A stretch of 64,000 nucleotides of DNA from an uncultured Acidobacteriota bacterium (GCA_963722395.1 CAVRLS010000013.1:299603-363602), one strand, 5' to 3'; positions 40,066 to 52,736 are shown, counted from the first letter of the stretch. Notes: generated by a model not told the origin, from the sequence alone. Program-made: numbers and translations.

Positions 40066-42953
40066 ATGAATCGCATCGATCTTCGTCGCGCGGTTGTGTG
40101 CGTCGGGTTGACGCTCTGGCTCGCGGCCCCGGCTGACGCGCAGCAGCGCGCCAGCATCGTCGGCCTGGTGCAGGACTCCACCGGCGCCGTCCTGCCCGGA
40201 GTGACGGTCGAGGCTTCGAGCCCGGTGCTCATCGAGCGTTCGCGGTCGACGGTGACCGACTCGAACGGGCGGTATGCCGTCGTCGACCTCCGCCCGGGAA
40301 CCTACGACGTTACTTTCAGCCTGGTCGGATTCAGCAGCGTGAAGCGCAGCGGCATCGAACTCCAGGGTGCGTTCGCTGCACAGGTGAACTCCACCATGTC
40401 AGTGGGCGCGATGGAAGAAACGCTCACCGTGACCGGCGCCACGCCGGTGGTGGACGTGCAGAGCACGCAGGCGCAGGCCGTCCTGAACCGCGAGGTGCTC
40501 GATGCGCTGCCGGCCGCCCGCAGCATGCAGGGGGGAGCGGCGCTGGTCCCAGGCGTCACGTTCTACTCGCAGGGGTTCACCTCCAACATGAGCTTCCACG
40601 GCTCGCTCCGGCAGGACCAGAGCATCAGGTTCGACGGCATGAATATCGGGCAGAACCTGACGCAGCAAGGCCAGCAGGCCAACGGCGTGGGTGTGAACGA
40701 GCTGGCGCAGGAAGAACTCGTGTACGACGCTGGTGGCCAGTCGGCCGAGAACGCCGTCGGCGGCGTCCGCATGGATTCGATTCCGCGCGAAGGCGGCAAC
40801 CGCTTCTCCTTCATCGGCCGTGCGTTTGGTTCGAACAACAGCCTTCAGAACGACAACATCACCGACGAGCTGCGGCCCTACATCGAGCAGGGCAACCAGC
40901 TGGGTCACCGGTTCGAGTTGAACGGCGTCCTCGGCGGGCCGATCCGGAGGGACAAGCTCTGGTTCATGTTCGCGCAGCGGTTCACGCAGACCAACAACAT
41001 CATCCCGCTCCCGTCCGGCATCTTTCCCGAGGTACCCGAACGGCGGCACGTCGGAGTCGGAGGGCGCGGTGTCGCCGCTGTCGAACGTTCGGCTCACGTC
41101 CCAGCTGTCGCCGCGCAACAAGCTGAACTTTGCCTACTTCAACGGCAGCGGCAGCACGCAGCGCTCTGATGTGGGCTGCTCCGCCACCAGCTTCAACTCC
41201 GTGTCGTGCATCTCGCCGGAAGCGTCGTACTGGCTGCCCACGCCGCTCCAGGACGCGGCCCAGGCCAAGTGGACCTCGCCGATCTCGAGCCGCGTGCTCC
41301 TCGAGGTGGGCCAGTCGTTCTCGGTGGCCACCTATAAATTCAAGGTACCAGCCGGAAGTGGGCCCTCTCGACATCCAGAACTTCAACCGCACGACCAGCA
41401 CGCGCACGGTGGCGTCGGCGACTGCGCCCGCCGACTACTACAGCCATGTGTGGAACGCCGTGGCGACGTTGTCCTACGTGACCGGTTCGCACAACGTGAA
41501 GGTGGGCGTGAACGAGCAGTGGGGCCGCGACCACACGAAGGTCGAGCGCAACGGCGATGCCTCGGTGCTGACGTTCCTGAACATCAACGGCGTGCCGACC
41601 GCAAGCACCGCCACGCTCACCAACTCGCCGTACGACCGCAACAACAACCTGAACTCGGTCCTGGGGGTCTTTGCCCAGGACAAGTGGACGCTCAAGCGGC
41701 TCACGCTGACGTACGGCGGCCGGTGGGACTACTTCAACGCCTCGGCCCCCGAGCAGTCGGCCGACGCCGGCCGCTTCATGTCCGAGGCGGCACGGGCGGC
41801 GCGCGCCCAGATCGCGGGGGTCTCGTGCACGCCGTGCTGGAATGACTGGACGGTCCGCAGCGGTGCGTCCTTCGACCTGTTCGGCAACGGCAAGACCGCA
41901 CTGAAGGGCTCGGTCGGCAAGTTCCTCGCGCAGGAAGCGCTCGGCTTTGCGGCGTCCGTGAACCCGCTGAACGGCCAGTCCGACACGCGTGCATGGACCG
42001 ACCGCGACAGCAACGGCACCATCTTCGATGCCAGTGGCAACGTGCAGTTCAACGAACTGGGCGCCTCCACGAACAGCCGCTTCGGCCAGCCGTCGGGGGG
42101 CACGGTGATCGACCCCGCCATTCCACGCTCCACCAACTGGGAGGAGTCGATCTCGGTCCAGCACGAACTGCTGCCGCGCATGGCGGTCACTGCCGGCTAC
42201 TACCATCGTCACTTCCAGAACATCTACTACACCAACAACACGCTGGTGAACCCGGCGTCCGACTTCACCCCCTACACCCTCAACGTCCCGAACACGCCGG
42301 GCCTGCCGACCGGCAGCGCCCAGCAGATCACGATGTACAACCTGCTGCCCTCGAAGCTGGGGCAGGTGAACAACGTCCGCACGTGGTCCACCGAGAATTC
42401 CCGGGTCTACGACGGCTATGAGGTGACGGTCAACGCGCGGCTGAACCGCGGCTTCCTCTTCGGCGGCATCACGTGGGACCGCACGGCCACGAACGACTGC
42501 AACAACCTTGCGAATTCGAATCCGAACAACCTGCGCTTCTGCAAACAGACGCCGCCCCTGCGTGCGCTCTACAAGCTGTCCGGTTCATATCAGCTTCCGT
42601 TCGACGTGCAGCTGAGCGGGTCGTTCCAGGCTCGACCGGGCATTCCGATCGGCACCTACTACACCTTCAACAGCGCGCTCGCCGGTGTCCCGCTGACAGG
42701 TGGCGGCAACGTGACCGTGACGGTGGTCGATCCGACCACCTACTTCTACGATTACGTCAAGAGCAACGACATCCGCCTCGGCCGCAGCTTCCGCAGCGGT
42801 CGGACCCGTTTCCAGCCCTTCATGGAGGTCTTCAACCTCATGAATCTCTCGACCGTACTGACGCGCAACGAGAACGTCGGGCCGAACTTCGGTGAGCCAG
42901 GCAGCATCGTGCAAGGGCGGAGCTTCCAGTTCGGCGCTCGGGTGGACTGGTAA
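40066..42953 (+). pseudogene. TonB-dependent receptor with CarboxypepD_reg domain (TBDR3); frame changes near 41025 and 41343
   Basis: GGAGG RBS. MNRIDLRRAVVCVGLTLWLAAPADA signal. GLVQDSTGAVLPGVTVEASSPVLIE...DLRPGTYDVTFSLVGF. Three frames must be joined (39979-41169, 41069-41845, 41130-42953). Ends ...FQFGARVDW. Confidence 0.85.
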
Positions 42954-43082
42954 CACCGCTCGCTGAATCACTCGGCGTGCGGGTAGACTGACACGTGGTG
43001 CGCGAGGGCAGGTAATTGTCGGCGGGGCTCGTGCCGCCTGAACGGCGGGTCCGCCGGTGCTCTTCAGAGGGAGTTGACGCTT

Positions 43083-44378
43083 ATGCGAGTGATTGTCCGT
43101 TCGGCGGGATCGGTACTCGGCCTGCTGCTCCTCGGCGCAGCAGCAGTTCCTGGCGGTGGTTCAGTGCGGCTCGCAGCGGCCACGGCCCCGACATTCGCGA
43201 AGGATGTGGCGCCAATCCTCTACAAGGCCTGCGCGGACTGCCATCGCCCAGGCTCCATCGCCCCCATGGCGCTCCTCAGTTACGACGACGTGCGTCCATG
43301 GGCGCGCGCCGTCAAGCAACGCGTGGTCTCGCGCGAAATGCCGCCATGGGGCGCCGACCCGGCGGTCGGCACGTTCGCCAACGATCCCAGCCTGAGCAAG
43401 GCCGAGATCGACACCATCGTCGCGTGGGTGGACGGCGGTGCTCCCGAGGGGAATGCGTCCGACCTGCCGAAGGTTCCCCAGTTCGTCGAAGGCTGGCACA
43501 TCGGCAAGCCGGACATGGTGTTCAAGTTCGTCCAGCCCTTCCGGGTGCCCGCTGATGGCACGGTGCCCTACACCTACATCACGGTGCCGACCAACCTGAA
43601 GGAAGACGTGTGGGTGCGAGGCGTCGAGTTCCGCCCGTCGGATCGACGCGTGGTGCACCACATCATCAGCGATCTGGTCGAAGGCAACGGCAAGGCGGTC
43701 GACCCGACGCCGCGGCTGCAGCGCGACCCCGCGGCCAAGGAGATCGGCGGGCTCGGCGGCTACGTTCCTGGCCGGCTCGATAACCTGTTCGACGAAGGCA
43801 CCGCGCGCAAGATCCCTGCTGGCGCCAACATCGTGCTGCAGATGCACTACACGACGATCGGCCAGGCGGTGGACGACTCCACCGAGATCGGGATCGTCCT
43901 GTCGAAGGAACCGCCCTCGAAACTGCGCGTCGCCGCCGGCGGGTCGATGCCGAACGTGACGTTCGCGATTCCCCCCGGAGACCCGAACTACGAAGTCTCG
44001 GCCAAAAAGACGTTTGACCGAGACACCTTCCTGAACACGCTCTATCCGCACATGCACGTGCGCGGCAAGGACGCGAAGTACACGCTCACGTACCCGGACG
44101 GCAAGCAGGAACTGCTGCTGAGCGTGCCGAAGTACGACTTCAACTGGCAGCTCACCTACGAGCTGGCGGAGCCGAAGTTCGTGCCGAAGGGCTCGACGCT
44201 GTCGATCGTGGCCCACTTCGACAACTCGAAGGGCAACCGCTTCAACCCCGATCCAACAGCCACCGTGAAGTGGGGCGACCAGACCTGGGAAGAGATGCTG
44301 ATCGGCTACTTCGGCACCATCGAAGCCGGGAACGGCTCCGCCGCTCCTACGCCTCGCCGGCGCACCGGCCAGCAGTGA
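43083..44378 (+). CDS. Exported protein: N-terminal CxxCH haem-c-like module plus PHM/DBH-like copper monooxygenase-type domain
   Basis: FAKDVAPILYKACADCHRPGSIAPMALLSYDDVRPWARAVKQRVVSREMPPW; then RRVVHHII (HH), LQMHY, YPHMHVRG (HxH), WEEMLIGY (Met). This matches the ligand order of CuH/CuM sites from memory. Confidence 0.65.
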   Translation: MRVIVRSAGSVLGLLLLGAAAVPGGGSVRLAAATAPTFAKDVAPILYKACADCHRPGSIAPMALLSYDDVRPWARAVKQRVVSREMPPWGADPAVGTFANDPSLSKAEIDTIVAWVDGGAPEGNASDLPKVPQFVEGWHIGKPDMVFKFVQPFRVPADGTVPYTYITVPTNLKEDVWVRGVEFRPSDRRVVHHIISDLVEGNGKAVDPTPRLQRDPAAKEIGGLGGYVPGRLDNLFDEGTARKIPAGANIVLQMHYTTIGQAVDDSTEIGIVLSKEPPSKLRVAAGGSMPNVTFAIPPGDPNYEVSAKKTFDRDTFLNTLYPHMHVRGKDAKYTLTYPDGKQELLLSVPKYDFNWQLTYELAEPKFVPKGSTLSIVAHFDNSKGNRFNPDPTATVKWGDQTWEEMLIGYFGTIEAGNGSAAPTPRRRTGQQ

Positions 44379-44382
44379 TCGC

Positions 44383-46191
44383 GTGAACGCAACGGCTGTT
44401 TCTGTCGCTGCCCTGACGGCGCTGGTGCTGGCCACAGCACCAGCCGCCGCCCAGGACGGCGCGGCGGTCTTCCAGGCACGCTGCGCCACCTGCCACACCT
44501 CCAACCCCGACACGCGGGTTCCCACGGTCGCCTCCCTCCGTCAGCGCGCTCCCGAATCGATCGTCGAGGCGCTCGCCACTGGCGTCATGCGGCAGCAGGC
44601 GTCAGAGCTGACTGCCGCCGAGCGGCGCGCCGTTGCTGAGTACCTCGCGGGACGCCCCATCGCGGCAGCGTCCCCTGCAGACCCTGCCGTCGGCAGGTGC
44701 ACGATGCCGCAGCGGTTCGATGCTGCCGCCGGAGTGCCATGGGGCAGCTGGGGGCCGGCCCCCTCCAACACTCGCTTCCAGCCCACGCCGGGGTTCACGG
44801 CGGAACAGGTACCGCAGCTTGAGCTGAAGTGGGCGTTCGGCTTCGCAGGTGCCTCCGGGATGCGGGCGCTGCCCACACTGGCGGGCGGTCGCGTGTACAT
44901 CGGTAGCCAGTCCGGCGCCGTATACGCGCTCGATGCGAAAAGCGGCTGCGTCGTGTGGACCTTCCAGGCGAAGGCCGGCGTGCGCTCGCCCGTCGTCATT
45001 GGACCGGGCCGCGCGAACATCCCGGCCGTCGCGTACTTCGGTGATGGCCGCTCGAACGTGTACGCGCTGAACGCTGATACCGGCGCGCAGCTCTGGTCGC
45101 GCCCGGTCGAAGATCATCCGAACTCCCATGTCACCGGTGCGCCGGCGCTGGACGGGAATCGGCTGTACGTCCCCGTGTCGTCGGGTGAGGAGGGGCAGGG
45201 CAACAACGCCAAATACGAATGCTGCACGTTCCGCGGCAGCATCGTCGCGCTGGATGCGAGGACCGGCGCGCTGGTCTGGAAGACGCTACACCATCGCGAA
45301 CGAGCCACGGCCGCTCGGGAAGAATCGCTCGGGTACGACGCGGTGGGGCCCTTCTGGAGCGGCCATCTGGGCGTCGCCAACCGTCGACACGAAGCGCGGG
45401 CTGCTCTACGCGGCCACGGGCAACATGTACACGGAACCTCAGCAGGGAACTGCCGACGCAGTGATTGCCTTCCGGCTTGCCACCGGCGAGATTGCCTGGA
45501 GCTCGCAGTTGACGCCGAAGGACGTGTTCGTCGTCGGCTGCAGCCAGCCCAACGCCGCCAACTGCGGCGACGATGTGGGACCCGACTTCGACTTCGGGAA
45601 CGCGCCGATGCTGGTGACGCGCGCTGACGGCAAGGATGCGATCGTCATCGGCCAGAAGTCGGGAGTCGGCTGGGCGCTGGATCCGGATACGCGTGGCGCG
45701 GTGTTGTGGCAGGTACCCGGGCGGGCGACGGCAGCGCCCTCGGCGGCATGGAGTTCGGGTCCGCCGCCGATCACGAGAAGGCCTACTTCCCAGTGGCGGA
45801 CGGCAACGGGCCTCATGCGGGTGAACTGCACGCCGTGAACCTGGTGTCCGGCGAGCGGGCGTGGTTCGCGCCACAGCAGCCCGTCAAGTGCGGCGCCAGG
45901 GGCCGCGGCTGCACGCCTGCGATTCTCGCGGCCATCACTGCGACGCCAGGCGCGGTGTTCGCCGGTGCCCAGGACGGCGGGCTGCGCGCCTACGCCTCCA
46001 CTGACGGCAAGTTGCTGTGGGAGTTCGATACGAATCGCGAGTTCACTACCGTGAATGGTGTGGTTGCACGCGGAGCGTCGATGAGCGGTCCAGGACCCGT
46101 TGTGGGCAGCGGGATGGTCCTGGTCGGTTCGGGTTACGGCTCGCTCGGTGGACGCCCCGGCAACGTGCTGCTGGCATTCGGCGTCGACTGA
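44383..46191 (+). pseudogene. Quinohaemoprotein: cytochrome c domain plus PQQ-type beta-propeller dehydrogenase (polyvinyl-alcohol-dehydrogenase-like); frame changes near 45285 and 45710
   Basis: GTG start 4 nt after the previous stop. Signal peptide, CATCH, and repeated propeller motifs (GGRVYIGSQSGAVYALDAKSGCVVW, NVYALNADTGAQLW, GSIVALDARTGALVWK, IAFRLATGEIAWS, LHAVNLVSGERAWF, LRAYASTDGKLLWEF) in three frames. Confidence 0.75.
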
Positions 46192-46210
46192 ACACGCTCG
46201 GCCTCCGTTT

Positions 46211-47062
46211 TTACTGCTTGGTGTAGTGCCCGGCCCCCAGGCGGCGGAACGGCCCACCGTCAACCGAGAACTCCTCGCTCACATCGAACGACCGGTCGGA
46301 CAGGATGGAGAAGACCCGTTTGAGCTGGTAGGTGCGGCCGTTACTCGTCACGGGCGAGGTCACGAACACCACGGCGAGCGGGCTGCGCCAGTTCCCCAGG
46401 CTGAGCATCTCCGTCCCGTCCGCCCGCTTCTCTGATAGGACCAGCATGTCCAGGTCCGGATCGACACCGAGCGTCAGCCGTTCCTCGAAGGGGGTGCCGA
46501 ACGCCTCGCCTTTCAGCGTGCCCTGCGCGAAGTTGGATGTGCCCGCCTGCGCAAGCGTAAGCTCCCCCTGCCGGTTACCGATGCTCAGCGGTGGGAACTC
46601 TCCCCCGACGTAGTCCATCTTCCAGCGCCCGACGAAATAGGCCGGGGTCTGTTCAACGTGCTTCTGCACGACATCGGAGCGCAGGCGACGCTGCAGCGTG
46701 AGCGTGACGGGAAACCTCTGCGTGCCGAGGCCAAGCACGCCCTCGCCCATCATGCGGTTGCCGTCGGCCAGGACCGTGCCGGTGAGCAGGACGGCGCCGA
46801 GGCGCGACTCCGACGTGGCCTCGAACGTGATGCTGCTGCCTGCCACCTCGACCTTCGTCAGCGCCACGTCGGCGCCTTCCGAGACGCCGTTGGTCGAGCC
46901 GAAGTAGCGGTCCCCGTTCTTCGCGATGGTGAGCACGATTGAGCTTTCCGTCCCGGCGCTCGACTTGAGCGAACCACGCCAGTTGCCTACCACCGGCTCC
47001 TGCTGTGCCGCCACCAGTAGGGGTGATGCTAACGCCATCGCCGTCAGCCAGAGGGTTCTCAT
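46211..47062 (-). CDS. Secreted hypothetical protein
   Basis: GGGAGG RBS. MRTLWLTAMALASPLLVAAQQ signal. Beta-rich sequence (VVGNWRGSLKSSAGTESSIVLTIAKNGDRYFG...). I reject the upstream 128-aa extension of the ORF. Confidence 0.6.
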   Translation of the reverse strand: MRTLWLTAMALASPLLVAAQQEPVVGNWRGSLKSSAGTESSIVLTIAKNGDRYFGSTNGVSEGADVALTKVEVAGSSITFEATSESRLGAVLLTGTVLADGNRMMGEGVLGLGTQRFPVTLTLQRRLRSDVVQKHVEQTPAYFVGRWKMDYVGGEFPPLSIGNRQGELTLAQAGTSNFAQGTLKGEAFGTPFEERLTLGVDPDLDMLVLSEKRADGTEMLSLGNWRSPLAVVFVTSPVTSNGRTYQLKRVFSILSDRSFDVSEEFSVDGGPFRRLGAGHYTKQ

Positions 47063-47172
47063 TGCTGCCTCCCGAAATTCGTCCGGACAAGAAATCGTCG
47101 GGCATACTATACGCGCTCGCGGCGCCGCCTCGCGCGTGCACGCGGGAAAACCCGGTTTCCACGGAGGTTTGA

Positions 47173-48222
47173 ATGCGGAAGCGAACGTCAGCGATGGTCG
47201 CCGCGATAGCGCTCGCGGCCTGTGCCGCAGGGGCCCTGTCGGCGACGGTAGCGGGCCAGACGCGCCAGCGAGCGATGCCCCGCACACCAGACGGTCATCC
47301 GGATTTTCAGGGCACCTACGACATTGCCACGCTGACCCCGATCGAGCGGCCGGCGGCCGCCGGGGGCAGGCTGACGCTGACCGACCAGCAGGCGGCGGCG
47401 CTCGAGGGCACCGAGAAGAGCCGCGTCTTCGAGCGCGCCCTGCCAAGCGAGCCCGATCGCGCGGCTCCGCCAGTCGGGGGGAACGTCGGCGGCTACAACA
47501 ACTTCTGGATCGATCGCGGTGATCGCGTCATCAGGGTGGACGGCAGCCCGCGCAGTTCGCTCATTATCGATCCGCCTGACGGCAGGATTCCGGCCCTGAC
47601 ACCCGAGGCGAAGCAGCGGGCGGCCAATCAGGCGCGCAACACGCCCAATCCCGAGGACAGCGAAGCCGCCGGCGCCGACACGGGCGCCTTCGACAATCCG
47701 GAGCAGCGGCCGCTCGGCGAACGATGCCTCCTCGGCTTCGGTTCCACCTCGGGCCCGCCGACGATGCCGAACTACTTCTACAACAACTTGAAGCAGATCG
47801 TGCAGACGCCGACGACCATCATGATCCTCGTCGAGATGGTGCACGATGTGCGCATCATCCGGATGAACCAGCCGCACCTCCCGTCGAACATCCGCAAGTG
47901 GATGGGCGATTCGGTCGGCCGGTGGGAAGGCGACACGCTGGTCGTGGACACCACCAACTTCACCAGCAAGACCAGGTTCCGCGGCTCCACGGAGAGCCTG
48001 CACGTAGTCGAGCGGTTCTGGCGCGACACCGACGGCGTCCTGATGTATCGCTTCACCGTCGAGGACCCGCAGACGTGGGTGAAGCCGTGGACCGGCGAGT
48101 TCCCATGGCCGGCGACCGACGAGCAGGTCTTCGAGTACGCCTGCCATGAGGCGAACTACTCACTCGCCAACATCCTGAGCGGCGCCCGGGCGCTGGAGGC
48201 AGAGGCGGCGAAGAAGAAGTAG
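47173..48222 (+). CDS. Secreted protein of uncharacterised family (paralogue D)
   Basis: Signal peptide MRKRTSAMVAAIALAACAAGALSA. DGHPDFQGTYDIATLTPIERP, GGYNNFW, ERCLLGFGSTSGPP, KWMGDSVGRWEGDTLVVDTTNF, VEDPQTW, FEYACHEAN. Confidence 0.8.
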   Translation: MRKRTSAMVAAIALAACAAGALSATVAGQTRQRAMPRTPDGHPDFQGTYDIATLTPIERPAAAGGRLTLTDQQAAALEGTEKSRVFERALPSEPDRAAPPVGGNVGGYNNFWIDRGDRVIRVDGSPRSSLIIDPPDGRIPALTPEAKQRAANQARNTPNPEDSEAAGADTGAFDNPEQRPLGERCLLGFGSTSGPPTMPNYFYNNLKQIVQTPTTIMILVEMVHDVRIIRMNQPHLPSNIRKWMGDSVGRWEGDTLVVDTTNFTSKTRFRGSTESLHVVERFWRDTDGVLMYRFTVEDPQTWVKPWTGEFPWPATDEQVFEYACHEANYSLANILSGARALEAEAAKKK

Positions 48223-48254
48223 ACCTCGTCGAGCATCCGCTCGGGAACACAACC

Positions 48255-49577
48255 CTATTCCACGAGAGCTCCGTACACGAGGTTCCGGGACAGGGCGTGG
48301 ATCGGACGCGTAACCCGTGTGTCCTGTTGCTGCACCATGCCGATGAACGCAAGGTCGTTCACCGGATCGAGCCAGAACCACGTCCCCAGGATGCCCCACC
48401 AGCTGAACGTGCCAGTGGGCGCTGCCTCCCCGGCCGCGGCGGCGTCCATCACTACCTGGAAATCCATCCCCCAGCCCAACCCCGGGCCCATCGTCTTCAG
48501 CGCATCCGGGTTCACATGGTTCGTTCGGATCATCTCCACCGTGCGCGGCGCCAGCAGCCGCACTCCGTTGAACTGCCCGCCCTGCAGCAACATGTCGCAG
48601 AAACGGGCGTAGTCCAACGCAGTCGAGAAGAGGCCGCCACCCCCTGAGGGGCCGAGCGGCACGAGGCTCGGATTCGATCGCGTGGGACCGGGCGCGAGCG
48701 TCGCTCCACCGCCGGTGTGCACCTGCGCCAGGCGCGCAACCTTTGCCGCAGGCACGTAGAAGCCGGTGTCATTCATCCCCAGCGGATCGAACAGACGCGA
48801 TTTCAGGAAGTCGCCGAGCGGCATGCCCGACATCTGCTCTATCAGGTAGCCCTGCACGTCGACGCCGATGCTGTAGGACCAGCGGGTGCCGGGCTGCGCC
48901 ATGAGCGGGAGTTTCACGAGGCTGTCGACCATCGACTGCAGCGGGGCTCGCGGGTTCAGCACGCGGGCCTCTCTCAGCATCCTGTCGACCGGATTCGTGT
49001 CGCTGAGCGTGTACCCGAGCCCCCCCGTGTGGGTCATCAACTCACGCATTGTCATGGCTCGACGCGCGTCCTCGAGCTTCGGCGTGCCGTCCGGGTTGCT
49101 GCCGGTATAGACCTTCAGGTCGCGGAAGCCAGGGATGAAACGCGCGACCGGGTCCTCCAGCCGCCACTTGCCCTCTTCGTGCAGCATCATCATCGCCACG
49201 CCGATGACCGGCTTGGTCATTGACGCGATGCGGAAGATCGAGTCGGCTCGGAGCGATCCAGTTGTGCTGGTGTCGAGACTGCCGACCGCGTTGAGGTGCG
49301 CCACCTTGCCGTGTCGCGCGAGGAGCGTGACGAGGCCGGCGACCTGCTTCTCGGCGACGAGCCGTTTCATGTTCTCGTCGAGGCGGCGCAGCCGCTCCTG
49401 GGAAAATCCGACCGACTCGGGAGACACCGGCGCAAGGTCGCGCACAGGCGTCGGAGATGACGAAATGTCCCGGCGCGCCGCTCGGGCCGGAGCCTGCGCC
49501 AGCGAGGTGATTGTCAGCGGCGCCAGGGCGACGGCTGCGACAAACGCAAGCAATGCTGGGAATGGATGGCGGCTCAT
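48255..49577 (-). CDS. Secreted serine hydrolase, beta-lactamase/PBP4*-type family
   Basis: GGAGGAG RBS and signal peptide MSRHPFPALLAFVAAVALAPL. SxxK motif in FRIASMTKPVIG. Confidence 0.85.
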   Translation of the reverse strand: MSRHPFPALLAFVAAVALAPLTITSLAQAPARAARRDISSSPTPVRDLAPVSPESVGFSQERLRRLDENMKRLVAEKQVAGLVTLLARHGKVAHLNAVGSLDTSTTGSLRADSIFRIASMTKPVIGVAMMMLHEEGKWRLEDPVARFIPGFRDLKVYTGSNPDGTPKLEDARRAMTMRELMTHTGGLGYTLSDTNPVDRMLREARVLNPRAPLQSMVDSLVKLPLMAQPGTRWSYSIGVDVQGYLIEQMSGMPLGDFLKSRLFDPLGMNDTGFYVPAAKVARLAQVHTGGGATLAPGPTRSNPSLVPLGPSGGGGLFSTALDYARFCDMLLQGGQFNGVRLLAPRTVEMIRTNHVNPDALKTMGPGLGWGMDFQVVMDAAAAGEAAPTGTFSWWGILGTWFWLDPVNDLAFIGMVQQQDTRVTRPIHALSRNLVYGALVE

Positions 49578-49638
49578 GACTCCTCCGTGATGCGGGTGGC
49601 CGGCAGTATAACGCGGCGAAAGCCGCTCACTCGGCGAG

Positions 49639-52101
<2,463 letters not shown>

Positions 52102-52120
52102 GTCGCCGTGCCCGACCACG

Positions 52121-52126
52121 TATAAT
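52121..52126 (+). promoter_or_regulatory. Perfect TATAAT -10 hexamer upstream of the cupin gene (the -35 is poor)
   Basis: cacgTATAATcccc lies 44 nt before the ATG at 52170, followed by the GCACCG-GACG-CGGTGC hairpin in the leader. Confidence 0.3.
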
Positions 52127-52169
52127 CCCCACGCGCCGCACCGGACGCGGTGCCACCCGAGGATTCCCC

Positions 52170-52736
52170 ATGGCGAAACGACCCGCAGCAAAGAAGGTCG
52201 CGCGACGGCCGGCGGCCAGACGGACAGGTCCGGCGCGCCCTGCTACGAAGCGATCAGCGAAGAAGCGCCCGGCCGTCAGGAAGGCAGCGAAGAAGGCTGT
52301 CAGCACGACGCGCACCCGGCCGAAGCCGCGGTCGCGTCCGGCCTCCGCCGCGCGCACGGCCCCGCTGTTCGAGCCACTGAAAGGCGCTGAACTCCGCAAC
52401 ATCGGGCACGTCCAACTCGAGGTGGGTCGCGCCGGCAAGGCCCGCGTGAAACGCATGATCTATCCACCCGGCTTCCACTGGGCGGAGGACATGAAGCCGG
52501 TGACCGGCACCGACCTCTGCATGCACGCGCATGTCGGCTTCCTGGCGCACGGCGAAATCCACATCGAGTACGCCGACGGCTGCGTCGTCGAGTTCAAGGC
52601 GCCGCAGGTGGTGGAGATCGCCCCGGGGCACGATGGCTGGGTGGTTGGCAAGGAGCCGGTGGTCCTCATCGAGATCGACTTCGAGAGCGAGACGCCGACT
52701 GTGCTCGGCCTCGTCGCACACACCCACGTAAAGTAG
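52170..52736 (+). CDS. Cupin-domain protein with ~70-aa Lys/Arg/Ala/Pro-rich N-terminal tail
   Basis: MAKRPAAKKVARRPAARRTGPARPATKRSAKKRPAVRKAAKKAVSTTRTRPKPRSRP..., then a beta-rich domain with a His-containing motif (LCMHAHVGFLAHGEIHIEY). Confidence 0.7.
   Translation: MAKRPAAKKVARRPAARRTGPARPATKRSAKKRPAVRKAAKKAVSTTRTRPKPRSRPASAARTAPLFEPLKGAELRNIGHVQLEVGRAGKARVKRMIYPPGFHWAEDMKPVTGTDLCMHAHVGFLAHGEIHIEYADGCVVEFKAPQVVEIAPGHDGWVVGKEPVVLIEIDFESETPTVLGLVAHTHVK

Noticed and set aside
43161-44525. 454-aa ORF on the minus strand
   Set aside because: It is antisense to the intact Cu-monooxygenase-like gene. Its composition is R/G/A/V-rich junk.
47063-47446. Upstream extension of ORF 46211-47446
   Set aside because: The extension is R/P/A-rich and overlaps the start of the paralogue D gene on the other strand. 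A GGGAGG RBS and a signal peptide support the start at 47062.
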